A stretch of DNA of 45,878 nucleotides from Candidatus Gastranaerophilales bacterium (GTDB taxonomy: Bacteria; Cyanobacteriota; Vampirovibrionia; Gastranaerophilales; UBA9971): the NCBI GenBank assembly GCA_028278305.1, contig JANQEP010000140.1:1-45878 (forward strand). The letters run 5' to 3'. Below the pieces are notes generated by a model. It did not search any database and was not told the origin of the DNA. It saw only the letters and a program-made list of their open reading frames with translations. Positions within the stretch are counted from its first letter, which is position 1. Each line of letters opens with the position of its first letter. Shown here piece after piece: positions 7,391 through 16,959 of the stretch. The position numbers and the translations under genes are program-made.

Positions 7391-10057
7391 TCAGCTTTCA
7401 AGAGATTTAAGCAGGTTTCTAATGGACTCTGACTGCTCTTCGATTTCACTGATGCGCTCTCTGGTTTTAACAATTACTTCTTTAGGAGCGCTCTCCAGAA
7501 ATTGCGGGCTATCCATCCTTGATTTAAGACCTTTTTTTTCTTTTGTCAGGATTTCCAGCTCTTTTGTCTGTCTTTTTACTTCTTTATCAAGGTCGATTAA
7601 CCCTTCCAGGGAAACCGCAATAAGTGATTTACCTACCATAGCAGTCGCGGAACGTGAAGGAATTTCTTTTGCCACCCCGGATTCCGTTAACATTTGATCA
7701 ACCCGCGCAAGCGATTTTACATAAAACTCGCTAATTTCCACATCTTCTTTATCCTGGTTATTCGCGCAGAAAATTTTAACGTTTATACATTCCGAAACCG
7801 GAATATTAAAGGATTGCCTGATATTTCTAAGAGCTTTTACAATATCAATTGCTTTATTAATTTTCCTGTCAGCTTCTTCATTTTTAAAAAAAGGTTCATA
7901 TACAGGGAATTCCGTAATCATTAACGATATTTGATCACCCTTAAAAGCTTTTCCGGGAATTAACCTCCATATTTCCTCGGTTATATGAGGAATTATAGGA
8001 TGCATTAGCCTTAAAGACCTTTCAAGAATGTATTTTAATATTCTCTGGGTATTTAATTTCATTTGAGGGTTTTGAAGCTGGATTTTAGCTATCTCCAGGT
8101 ACCAGTCACAATATGCGCTCCAGAAAAATTCGTATAAAAGATGCGCGCACTCACCAAACCTGAAAGATTCCAGGTTTTCGTTTACCAGCCTGTTAACTTC
8201 GGAATATTTATGTAAAATCCACTTATCAGCTATGGTTAAAGAGGTCATATCAACCGGTTTATCATCAGACCCTTCGAGGTTCATAAGCACAAATCTTGAA
8301 GCGTTCCATAGTTTGTTTGCGAAATTTCTTCCGTGTTCAAATCTCTCGTCAGAAAGCTTTATATCCTGTCCGCCGTAAGTAACAAGGCTTGTAAGAGTGA
8401 ACCTCATGGCATCAGCGCCGTATTTATCAATAATTTCAACCGGGTCAATGGTATTGCCTTTTGACTTGCTCATTTTTTGTCCTTTTTCATCGCGGATTAA
8501 ACCGTGAATATAGACATACTTAAACGGTGATTTTTGGGTAAATTTATAGCCCATAACCGCCATTCTGGCTACCCAGAAGAAGATTATGTCAAACCCTGTA
8601 ATAAGCGTATCTGTGGGGTAGAATTTTTTAAAATCAGGATTTTTAACATCGGGCCAGCCCATAGTAGAAAAGGGCCATAACGCTGATGAAAACCAGGTAT
8701 CAAGAACATCAGGATCCTGTTTTATATCTGAGCTATTACATTTTGTGCAAGCCTCGGGTTTTTCTGTACAAACCATCATTTCTCCGCAGTCTGTACAGTA
8801 ATAAGCCGGTATTCTGTGTCCCCACCATAACTGCCTGCTTATACACCAGTCCCTGACGTTGTTCATCCAGTCCAGGTAGACCCTGGTCCATCTTTCCGGG
8901 ACAAAATTCAGTTCTTTTTTACTGACTGCTTTTACTGGTTTTTCCGCAAGCGGACGCATTCTTACAAACCATTGCTCTGATAAATAAGGCTCTATTGTGC
9001 TATTACAGCGCTGGCAGTGTCCGACACCGTGTTCATGATCCCTTGCCCTGACTAATTGTCCCTGTTTTTTAAGAACTTCAAGGACTTTATCCCTGGCTTC
9101 ATACCTGTTAAGCCCCCTTAAATCAGACGGAACATAGCTGTTATCGGACATATTCCCGTCTTCATCCATGATCCAGACAGGAGAAAAGCCGTGTTTCTTA
9201 CCAATTTCATAATCATTCGGGTCATGAGCGGGCGTAATCTTTAAAGCTCCTGTTCCAAAACCTATTTCAACATTTTCATCCGCGATTATCGGAATTTCCC
9301 GCCCTATAACCGGTATAACTGCAGTCTTACCTATCAAATGGTTAAACCTGTTATCATCAGGGTTAACCGCAACGGCAACATCGCCAAACATTGTCTCAGG
9401 TCTGGTTGTTGCGATTACAATTGCCCCAAATTCATCCTTGAAAGGGTATGCTATCTCCCAGAGATATCCTTTTTCTGTTAAATACTCGGTTTCAATATCA
9501 CTTATAGCTGACCTGCACCGGGGACACCAGTTAACAATATATGTTCCCTTGTAGACCAAGCCGTCATTGTATAAATTTACAAAAACTTCTTTTACTGCCT
9601 CGGAGCATCCGGCATCAAGTGTGAATCTTTCCCTGGAAAGGTCAAAAGACGCCCCCAGTCGTTTAAACTGGTTTAAAATTTTCTTTCTATGTTGATTTGC
9701 CCAATCCCAGGTGATTTCAAGAAATTTTTTTCTACCTATATCCTGTCTGGTTAAGCCTTCTTTTTTTAATTTTTTTTCAACAACGTTCTGTGTGGCGATA
9801 CCGGCATGATCGGCTCCGGGAAGCCATAGAGTTTCAAACCCTTTCATTCTCTTGTATCTTACCAGGATGTCCTGAAGAGTACCGTCCAGGGCATGCCCCA
9901 TATGAAGAACGCCTGTTACGTTAGGAGGAGGAATAACAAGGCTGAACGAAGGTTTTTCACTATTGACATCTGCCTTGAAAAACCCGTTGTTCTCCCAAAA
10001 TTTATATATCTTATCCTCGGTTTCCTTTGGATTATATGTTTTTTCCAGTTGTTTCAT
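7391..10057 (-). CDS. valS: Valine--tRNA ligase
   Basis: Class I HIGH (PPPNVTGVLHMGHAL) and KMSKS motifs, a CP1 editing region and a C-terminal coiled coil are present. The ORF track starts at a TTG at 10096. ATG 10057 has a GGAG 6 nt upstream and gives MKQLEKTYNPKETE... Confidence 0.95.
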   Translation of the reverse strand: MKQLEKTYNPKETEDKIYKFWENNGFFKADVNSEKPSFSLVIPPPNVTGVLHMGHALDGTLQDILVRYKRMKGFETLWLPGADHAGIATQNVVEKKLKKEGLTRQDIGRKKFLEITWDWANQHRKKILNQFKRLGASFDLSRERFTLDAGCSEAVKEVFVNLYNDGLVYKGTYIVNWCPRCRSAISDIETEYLTEKGYLWEIAYPFKDEFGAIVIATTRPETMFGDVAVAVNPDDNRFNHLIGKTAVIPVIGREIPIIADENVEIGFGTGALKITPAHDPNDYEIGKKHGFSPVWIMDEDGNMSDNSYVPSDLRGLNRYEARDKVLEVLKKQGQLVRARDHEHGVGHCQRCNSTIEPYLSEQWFVRMRPLAEKPVKAVSKKELNFVPERWTRVYLDWMNNVRDWCISRQLWWGHRIPAYYCTDCGEMMVCTEKPEACTKCNSSDIKQDPDVLDTWFSSALWPFSTMGWPDVKNPDFKKFYPTDTLITGFDIIFFWVARMAVMGYKFTQKSPFKYVYIHGLIRDEKGQKMSKSKGNTIDPVEIIDKYGADAMRFTLTSLVTYGGQDIKLSDERFEHGRNFANKLWNASRFVLMNLEGSDDKPVDMTSLTIADKWILHKYSEVNRLVNENLESFRFGECAHLLYEFFWSAYCDWYLEIAKIQLQNPQMKLNTQRILKYILERSLRLMHPIIPHITEEIWRLIPGKAFKGDQISLMITEFPVYEPFFKNEEADRKINKAIDIVKALRNIRQSFNIPVSECINVKIFCANNQDKEDVEISEFYVKSLARVDQMLTESGVAKEIPSRSATAMVGKSLIAVSLEGLIDLDKEVKRQTKELEILTKEKKGLKSRMDSPQFLESAPKEVIVKTRERISEIEEQSESIRNLLKSLES

Positions 10058-10136
10058 CTGCATCTCCAAAAAGATTCCTTTGGTTTTTACAGCCAAATAA
10101 AAGATATCATAAACTTAAACTATTTTTAATATTAAA

Positions 10137-10190
10137 GGGTAAAGAATAAAAACTTACGCATTTTAAAATTTTTTAATTCCTTAATTAAAT
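10137..10190 (-). repeat. Intergenic repeat family 1, copy 2 (extended form)
   Basis: The reverse complement of 10137-10173 equals copy 1 exactly. The 5' extension (TTAAGGAATTAA...) matches copy 3 and overlaps the treY stop codon. It lies about 80 nt upstream of the valS ATG. Confidence 0.9.
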
Positions 10191-13100
10191 TTTCTGTAAA
10201 GAACCGCAACTGGCAGGGTGTTTAGAATTTTGCCCGCATAAAGGACTGATTCCCGGCTTTCAAACTCCTGGGCTGTTAATATGTCTTTCCATATGCAGTT
10301 GGAATATTTATCCGGTAAGATAACCCCTGTATCCTGCCAGACATTTTCTCCCAGGGGAATCGGGCTCTCTTCTGAGATTGCGTTGTAAATAAGCCTGGGA
10401 ACAACCACTATGACCGCTTCCTGTTCAAACTCTCTTGCAAATGTAACCAGGTTTCTCTCTCTTACGCCTTTTGTTTGCAGAGGCAGGTAATTACCCCTTC
10501 TGAATATATCCTGGTGCTTTTGCCTGAAATTAAGAATGGATGCGGTTAAAAACAGTTTCATTTTTCCGGATTCAAGCGGGAGAATCTCTTGCTGTATGTT
10601 GAACTCTTCGGGTACATCAGGGTTTATAAGATGCTTTATTTCTTCAAGTTTTTGACCTGACTCCACGTAATTAACCGGTTTTCTGTTGTCAGGGTCTACC
10701 AGGGCAAACTTATAAAGCTCACTTCCCTGGTAAATATCAGGAACTCCCGGACAGGTAAGCTTTAGCGCGCACTGGAATATTGAATTTAAAAACCCTGCCC
10801 TTGCAATTTCTTTTTGAAAAGGCAAAAACTCCCTCCAGAAAGGATGATTTTCAGGAGAAGACAGGATTTTTCTTATAAACTCACAGGTTGCCTTTTCATA
10901 CTGTTCGTTTATATTGACCCAGCTTGTGTGTACTTTTGCCTCTCGCAGGGCTTTTATCATATAGTTTTCAAGTATTTGTATAAGTTCTTCTTTTTCGTTT
11001 TCATCAGGGGTTTTATAAGACCAGATCCCTATAAGGGTCTGGTAAAAAAGGTACTCGTCGTTTCTGTCAGGGGTGAGAATATTTTCAATTTTGGGTTTTC
11101 TGGATTTATTAAGCCTGGAAAACCTGTTTACCTTTACCATCCACTTTTCAGGAATTTCAGAAAGCACGCATATCCTCATACGCACGTCTTCTGAGCGTTT
11201 AGTATCGTGAGTTGATGTTGTAAGAAAACCATGAGGGGTTCTATCCAGTCTTTTTATGTTTTCATTATGAAAATCATTAGTTGAAATTCCAAAATGTGAA
11301 GGCTCTCCACCGACTTCGTTTAATGCAATCAGCTTATTGAAACGGTAAAAGCTCGTATCTTCAAGCCCTTTCGCCATTAAAGGAGCTGTATATTGCTGGA
11401 ATTTCATTGCAAAATCAAGTATATCCTGATATGCCGGGGAATTTTTGTCTTCTTCCAGCTCAGCCAGCAGGATGCTTTCTATAAAGTCGAAAATAGAAGG
11501 ATCAGTATGCATTGTACGCTTTTTAGCAAGCCCTATAGCCCATTTTATATAATTAACAGCCTTACCTGAGCAGTTTTCTCCCGAGATATAAGTCCTGTAA
11601 ATCGGAAAGCAGGCTATAATTTCCGTAAGAGCATCCCTGAGGCTGTTTAAGGTATAATCCCTTGTGCTGTAATATTTTTCTGAAATCCTGTTAAGATAGT
11701 TGGAAAGCGTGCTCAATTCACCTGTTAACGAGGTTTTCATTATAAGTTTCTTACTTTCAGTTATAAGCTCGCTAAAATTCTCGGATTTACCTATGAACCG
11801 CTGGTAAATCCGGGAGAATTTCCTGGAATTCCTCTTATCCACAAACAAATTGCATACCTGGTTCAGGAATTCATAACCTACAGTTCCGCTGACTGCCCAG
11901 TTTTCCGGCAGTTTTTCAAACGGGGCAAGTATTTTTTCCGCCACAACATATATAGGCAGCTTATCCGAGCCCAGAGGCTCTTCTTCTGATAAGTCATACC
12001 TGATACCGAGCCTTTTACCCGCTTCCGCCTGGAGCTTTTTAAAATATTCCCCGGGGTCCAGCAGTCCGTCAGGGTGGTCAATTCTAAGTCCGTCAATCTT
12101 TTCCTGTTCTATTAGATCCAGGATTAATGAATGTGTGCTCGTGAATACAAGCGGATTTTCAGCCCTAAGACAGATAAGGTCATTAATATCAAAGAATCTT
12201 CTATAGTTAATTATGTCTGTAGATACACGCCAGTAAGCAAGCCTGTATGCCTGCTCTTCAAGAAGACTGTGAATCCTGTTACAGGAAACAGGATCATTGG
12301 GTTTTCCCTCAAAGTCAATGATATTTTCCTGTATAAACCCTTCAATTACCAGGTTATGATTGCACAATGCTGATAATCTTCTTGAAGCAATGTCTTTTTC
12401 CCTGTTTCTTTCAGCTGTTTTTTCCGGTGAAGCCTCGTTAATACCGGGAATTTTCTTAAGCTCGGTTATTATGCTCAGGTATTCAAGGAAATCAGGGTTA
12501 TTACTGCCCAGCCTGGATTCCAGAACTTCTATTCTGTGTTCAAGGAAAATAGGATAGGAAGAAGGGTTAATCGGGAATTCATGATCCCAGTAACTTAGCT
12601 TTAATTTGCCTGTTTCCCGCACAAAATGAAACTTAAGCTGCCCGCTTTGAAGTATATTCCCGTAATGATCACCCAGAACAGGAACCAGAACTTTGCCTTC
12701 CAGTTCCTTTTTCAGGGGATGCCAGTCTATGTCAAAAAATGAAGCATAAACAGATGCCTGTCCGTTTTCCAGGACATCCATCCACCAGCGGTTTTCCTTA
12801 CCTACGCCCATATGATTGGGCACAATGTCTATAATAAGCCCCATATCATGGTGGTAAAGAGTGTTTACAAATTCATGAAAATCGTTAAGGGTTCCTATTT
12901 CCGGGTTTAGCTCGGAATGATTGATTATATCATAGCCATGCGGGCTGCCTTTCCTTGCACGAAGAAGAGGAGAAGCATAGCAGTGGGAAATTCCAAGGTC
13001 TTTTAGATAAGGAACTATTTCCTGCGCATCTTTAAACGTGAAATTTTTATTGAATTGCAGCCTGTATACCGAAAGCGGTGTCCTTTCAAGTTCTATTCTG

Positions 13101-14860
13101 CGCCCATATCCCGGGCTTTCATCTTTTTGCTTCTGGATAAGGTTTATAGACTCAAAAAAAGCAGGCGTTTCTGCTTTGGTTATCTCTTCTATATCAAAAT
13201 CAGTTTCATATAAAAACCCGTAATTTTCCAGTATTTCCCTGGTTGGAAAAGAAATTTCCCCTGCTTCATCCGGGATTATCAGGCATTTATTTCTGTGACT
13301 CTCAAGGGCGAGTATGCCTATCAGCTCTTCTGCAGGGTATTTTACGCAGAAGTTGATATCGGGATTTTGTTTTGAGCGCCAGAGCTGTTTTTCAAAATTA
13401 TGTATATTTTTTATCCTGATAGCTCCTGAGTGGGTCATATCAGTGGATAGAGCCTCAGAAACATATTTATACCCATGCTCTTTTAATTTAAAAGGCAGGA
13501 TGGGCGGGCAATCCGGATAATCTTCCGTTATCTGCTTTGTGAGGGTTTTTGCCTTAAAAGCGTAATACTCCTGTCTTAACCAGGTTTCTGCGCTGTCAGA
13601 ATTTACAAAAAACTGCCATTGCGAATAAATTCCCACTGAAAGCTTACTTACCCAGGAGGTTTTTCCTGCAAGACTTAGCTGGATGTCTGCCAGCCACTGT
13701 AAAAACTCGTAAAACTGAAGGGTCTCGATATTCTGGTTTTCAAAAAGCAGCACAGCCTCGCTGTTAGGGTTCCTGTACATTTCGGGCCATTCATGCCAGT
13801 CTGCTAATTTCGGGTCCTCACCGGAGAGGTATTCTTTTATTGCCTCAAAAAGCGCCAGTTTTCTGAGGTTATCCTCTTTTGCCGAGAGATAATGGAAAAA
13901 ATCCCTGCTTTTTTCGCTTTGTTTATTAATGTGATTTTCCCTGAAAGAGTTATAAATCAGGCGCAAAACACGGAGTTTTAGCTCATAAACAGCCTTATAG
14001 TTTAAGGTTTCGCTTTCCTGGACCTTTTTTAACTCTTCCTGGAACTCCTCGGTCAGCAGTTTCAGTTTAATTTCCCTGTCTTCCACGAAATTTATAGCTT
14101 CATCAATGTCTATAAGAATTGAGTTATACATTATCCGGCTGGACGGGATTTCCGGATCGGTTTCACCGTTGTAAAAATGGAACTGGTTCAGGGAATCCAC
14201 GCCTACAATACCTGCTTCCCTGTCTTTAGCATAAATTACGGCATTTTTCAGGTCTGTATAGTCTGAAATCCTGTAGTCTGACTCAAAATTATCCCTGTAA
14301 AGACTGAATTTTAAACCTTTTATTTTTTTCTTTTGCTCAACGGCAAGAGGTTTATAACATTTTTTGGGAACAATTATAAGCTTCATCAGGTCTTCTTTAC
14401 CGGTTTCAGACCTTATTTTCAGGTTATGATAGCCGGTGCCGACCAGAATAGGCACTGGAAGGTCGATTTTATAGAAAGTTGTTCCGTTTATAGTCCGGGA
14501 CTCGGAAATTTTAAGGTGGGAAGCATAGAATTCCCCGTGATGAAACCTGCCTCCTTCTTCCTGCAGTACCCATTCAAAAGATTTATTAAGCTCAAAATCA
14601 GGAAGACGCAGCGTAACCACCGGAGCTTCACCGTGTTTTATTATTTTTACCGGCGGAATTATCCTGTTCCATTTTTCAAGCTCGGTTCTCTGAAGCTCTT
14701 CAGCAAGCATGTCCATGCTTTCAGTGTTAATCCCGATGATATTCAGGAATTCCTGACATTCCCTGGATGACACCTTCTGGGTTTTGCCTTCTTTGTCGGT
14801 GTATTCCGGGATTAAGCCGTAATATTCAGCCAGTATTTCAAGTATTTTATGTCTTTCCAC
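10181..14860 (-). CDS. treY: Malto-oligosyltrehalose synthase (TreY) fused to an N-terminal MalQ/GH77-like module
   Basis: The C-terminal ~967 aa carry TreY/GH13 signatures (YRLQFNKNFTFKDA, GISHCYASPLL, GLRIDHPDGL, VVAEKIL, TSTHDTKRSEDVR). The N-terminal ~590 aa follow the layout of a long 4-alpha-glucanotransferase (see finding). Confidence 0.9.
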   Translation of the reverse strand: MERHKILEILAEYYGLIPEYTDKEGKTQKVSSRECQEFLNIIGINTESMDMLAEELQRTELEKWNRIIPPVKIIKHGEAPVVTLRLPDFELNKSFEWVLQEEGGRFHHGEFYASHLKISESRTINGTTFYKIDLPVPILVGTGYHNLKIRSETGKEDLMKLIIVPKKCYKPLAVEQKKKIKGLKFSLYRDNFESDYRISDYTDLKNAVIYAKDREAGIVGVDSLNQFHFYNGETDPEIPSSRIMYNSILIDIDEAINFVEDREIKLKLLTEEFQEELKKVQESETLNYKAVYELKLRVLRLIYNSFRENHINKQSEKSRDFFHYLSAKEDNLRKLALFEAIKEYLSGEDPKLADWHEWPEMYRNPNSEAVLLFENQNIETLQFYEFLQWLADIQLSLAGKTSWVSKLSVGIYSQWQFFVNSDSAETWLRQEYYAFKAKTLTKQITEDYPDCPPILPFKLKEHGYKYVSEALSTDMTHSGAIRIKNIHNFEKQLWRSKQNPDINFCVKYPAEELIGILALESHRNKCLIIPDEAGEISFPTREILENYGFLYETDFDIEEITKAETPAFFESINLIQKQKDESPGYGRRIELERTPLSVYRLQFNKNFTFKDAQEIVPYLKDLGISHCYASPLLRARKGSPHGYDIINHSELNPEIGTLNDFHEFVNTLYHHDMGLIIDIVPNHMGVGKENRWWMDVLENGQASVYASFFDIDWHPLKKELEGKVLVPVLGDHYGNILQSGQLKFHFVRETGKLKLSYWDHEFPINPSSYPIFLEHRIEVLESRLGSNNPDFLEYLSIITELKKIPGINEASPEKTAERNREKDIASRRLSALCNHNLVIEGFIQENIIDFEGKPNDPVSCNRIHSLLEEQAYRLAYWRVSTDIINYRRFFDINDLICLRAENPLVFTSTHSLILDLIEQEKIDGLRIDHPDGLLDPGEYFKKLQAEAGKRLGIRYDLSEEEPLGSDKLPIYVVAEKILAPFEKLPENWAVSGTVGYEFLNQVCNLFVDKRNSRKFSRIYQRFIGKSENFSELITESKKLIMKTSLTGELSTLSNYLNRISEKYYSTRDYTLNSLRDALTEIIACFPIYRTYISGENCSGKAVNYIKWAIGLAKKRTMHTDPSIFDFIESILLAELEEDKNSPAYQDILDFAMKFQQYTAPLMAKGLEDTSFYRFNKLIALNEVGGEPSHFGISTNDFHNENIKRLDRTPHGFLTTSTHDTKRSEDVRMRICVLSEIPEKWMVKVNRFSRLNKSRKPKIENILTPDRNDEYLFYQTLIGIWSYKTPDENEKEELIQILENYMIKALREAKVHTSWVNINEQYEKATCEFIRKILSSPENHPFWREFLPFQKEIARAGFLNSIFQCALKLTCPGVPDIYQGSELYKFALVDPDNRKPVNYVESGQKLEEIKHLINPDVPEEFNIQQEILPLESGKMKLFLTASILNFRQKHQDIFRRGNYLPLQTKGVRERNLVTFAREFEQEAVIVVVPRLIYNAISEESPIPLGENVWQDTGVILPDKYSNCIWKDILTAQEFESRESVLYAGKILNTLPVAVLYRKFN

Positions 14861-14885
14861 TTAGGTCTATTCTGCTTATTTTTAT

Positions 14886-16709
14886 TTAACCTTTTAATGT
14901 CCAGTAAACTGACCAGGCAGGTAATTCTCCCGGTGTTTCAGCCGTAGAATACTTTGCAATAAGATTCTTTAGGCTTTTCGTATCATACTTAACGCTTTTA
15001 TCTGATAGATTTGCGGTAACTTCAAGGGTTTTTTCGTCATCAGTATGCCATTTAACTTTAAAACAACCTTCTGATATCACTTCATAAGAGCTTTTTGAGT
15101 GCTGAATACGTGGAATTAAAGGCATTATAAAGTTATGTCTTATTTTAAGCATTTGCGAATAGAAATCCAGGACTTCCTTATCCCGGCAACCCCAGTCAAG
15201 TTTTGAGCGTGTGTAAGTTTCTTCTGCGGTCGGGTCGGGAATTTTTTCCCTGTTTGCAGGGTCTGCAAATTCCGGGAACCTGGAAAATTCTCTTCTGCGT
15301 CCTTCCCTTACAGAATCTGAAAGATCTTCTTTAAAGTTACAGAAGAACATAAACTGGTTTTTAGATGCCCATTCTTCTCCCATAAATAAAAGAGGAATAC
15401 TTGGAGAAATCAAGTAAAGACATACAGAGGCTTTTAAAGCTTGTTTTGAAGTAAGAACAGCCAGTCTCTCGCCAAAAGCCCTGTTACCTGTCTGGTCGTG
15501 GTTCTGGATAAAGTTTACAAAGCCTGACACATTAAGATGAGTACTTTTTTCGCCTCTTACGGTATGTTCTCTATACGCGGAAATCTCTCCCTGATAGGCA
15601 AATCCTTCTGCAAGACACCTGGCAAGGAAATATTCAGGGGTTTTCCCGTTGCTCAGCTCCGGTGTATAATCCCCGTAATACCCGCCTTTTTCACCTGTAA
15701 GATGAATATGCACGCAGTGGTGAAAGTCATCGTTCCACTGGGCTTCATAATAGCGGGGATCATCATCCTGTCTCTCCAGAAAAGCGGCGATGTTATTGTC
15801 GTTTTCCAGCACAAGATGAATATTCCTGTCTTTTATTCGATCCCTTGCACGCTCTGCTATTTCCCGCAGTATATGTACACGGGAATCATCCTTGATTTCA
15901 TGCACAGCATCGAATCTTAAGCCGTCAAAACGGTATTCTTCCAGCCAGTAAATGGTGTTTTGCACAAAAAAGTTTCTTACATGCCGATTTTCAAAATTTA
16001 TTGCATCTCCCCATGGGGTTATATGTCTGTGTTCAAAGAATTTCGATTTTGCATAGCAGTAGAGATAGTTTCCGTCAGGTCCGAAATGATTGTAAACAAC
16101 ATCGAGAAATACCATTAATCCTCTATCATGCGCTGCTTTTATCAATTCTTTAAGATCATCAGAACTTCCATAAGACCTGTCAGGCGCAAAATGCAATACT
16201 CCGTCATAACCCCAGTTTCTTTTTCCGGGAAAATCCGATACCGGCATTAATTCTATTGCGGTAATTCCGAGAGAAACAAGATAATCGAGCTTGTTTCTGA
16301 TTGCATTAAAAGTTCCTTCGGGAGTAAATGTGCCTGTATGAATTTCATAAAGTACGGTTTCATTCCAGGGTCTACCTTTCCAGTTAACGTCATTCCCCCA
16401 GTTAAAACTATCAGGGTTAATAACAACGCTCGGACCATGAACATCATCAGCCTGGCAGCGTGAAGCAGGGTCAGGAACCATAAGCCCGCCATGCAGCTTA
16501 AACATGTATTCTGAACCAACACGGGCTTTATTGGTATCTAAGGAGAACCAGCCTTCCTCGCCGGGTTTCATGGGTAACTCCAGAAAGGAATTATCCTTCT
16601 GTTTTATGCAAAGCCTGATTTCCGGCTCGTCGGGCGCCCAGAAATTAAAGCTGATTTTCCCGTCAGGTAAAACTTTTGTCCCAAATCTTTTTTCCAGCTG
16701 CGTAAGCAA
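14886..16709 (-). CDS. treZ: Malto-oligosyltrehalose trehalohydrolase (TreZ, GH13)
   Basis: Signatures DVVYNHFGPDGNY, GLRFDAVHEI, LVLENDNN and FIQNHDQTGNRAFGERL are present. It has a TTG start and lies 25 nt upstream of treY on the same strand. Confidence 0.92.
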   Translation of the reverse strand: MLTQLEKRFGTKVLPDGKISFNFWAPDEPEIRLCIKQKDNSFLELPMKPGEEGWFSLDTNKARVGSEYMFKLHGGLMVPDPASRCQADDVHGPSVVINPDSFNWGNDVNWKGRPWNETVLYEIHTGTFTPEGTFNAIRNKLDYLVSLGITAIELMPVSDFPGKRNWGYDGVLHFAPDRSYGSSDDLKELIKAAHDRGLMVFLDVVYNHFGPDGNYLYCYAKSKFFEHRHITPWGDAINFENRHVRNFFVQNTIYWLEEYRFDGLRFDAVHEIKDDSRVHILREIAERARDRIKDRNIHLVLENDNNIAAFLERQDDDPRYYEAQWNDDFHHCVHIHLTGEKGGYYGDYTPELSNGKTPEYFLARCLAEGFAYQGEISAYREHTVRGEKSTHLNVSGFVNFIQNHDQTGNRAFGERLAVLTSKQALKASVCLYLISPSIPLLFMGEEWASKNQFMFFCNFKEDLSDSVREGRRREFSRFPEFADPANREKIPDPTAEETYTRSKLDWGCRDKEVLDFYSQMLKIRHNFIMPLIPRIQHSKSSYEVISEGCFKVKWHTDDEKTLEVTANLSDKSVKYDTKSLKNLIAKYSTAETPGELPAWSVYWTLKG

Positions 16710-16805
16710 TTTTTAGATATCTCCATCATTTGTATTTAATTTAAAATCAGATTATAACATAAAGTAGAAATGACTTTTGCTCTGCTGTCACACATTTAAA
16801 CAATT

Positions 16806-16855
16806 AACTCGAATTGCTAACAACTCGAGTCGCTAATTGCATTTATGTAACATTT
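16806..16855 (+). repeat. Tandem 16-nt AACTCGART-type units related to repeat family 2
   Basis: AACTCGAATTGCTAAC and AACTCGAGTCGCTAAT are 13/16 identical. The second unit plus its flank aligns loosely with family 2. Confidence 0.55.
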
Positions 16856-16857
16856 GC

Positions 16858-16884
16858 CAAGACCCCCGTTTCACAGGGGTCTTG
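16858..16884 (-). terminator. GC-rich stem-loop downstream of fliC (possible terminator)
   Basis: CAAGACCCC-cgtttcaca-GGGGTCTTG is a 9-bp perfect stem about 75 nt after the fliC stop. No clear U-tract follows on either strand. Confidence 0.4.
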
Positions 16885-16959
16885 CAAAGCAGGAGTTAGA
16901 TAGATTTTGAGGAAATTTCAAAAAAATCTAACCCGTTATTCAGTTTATTTAAAAGAGCT

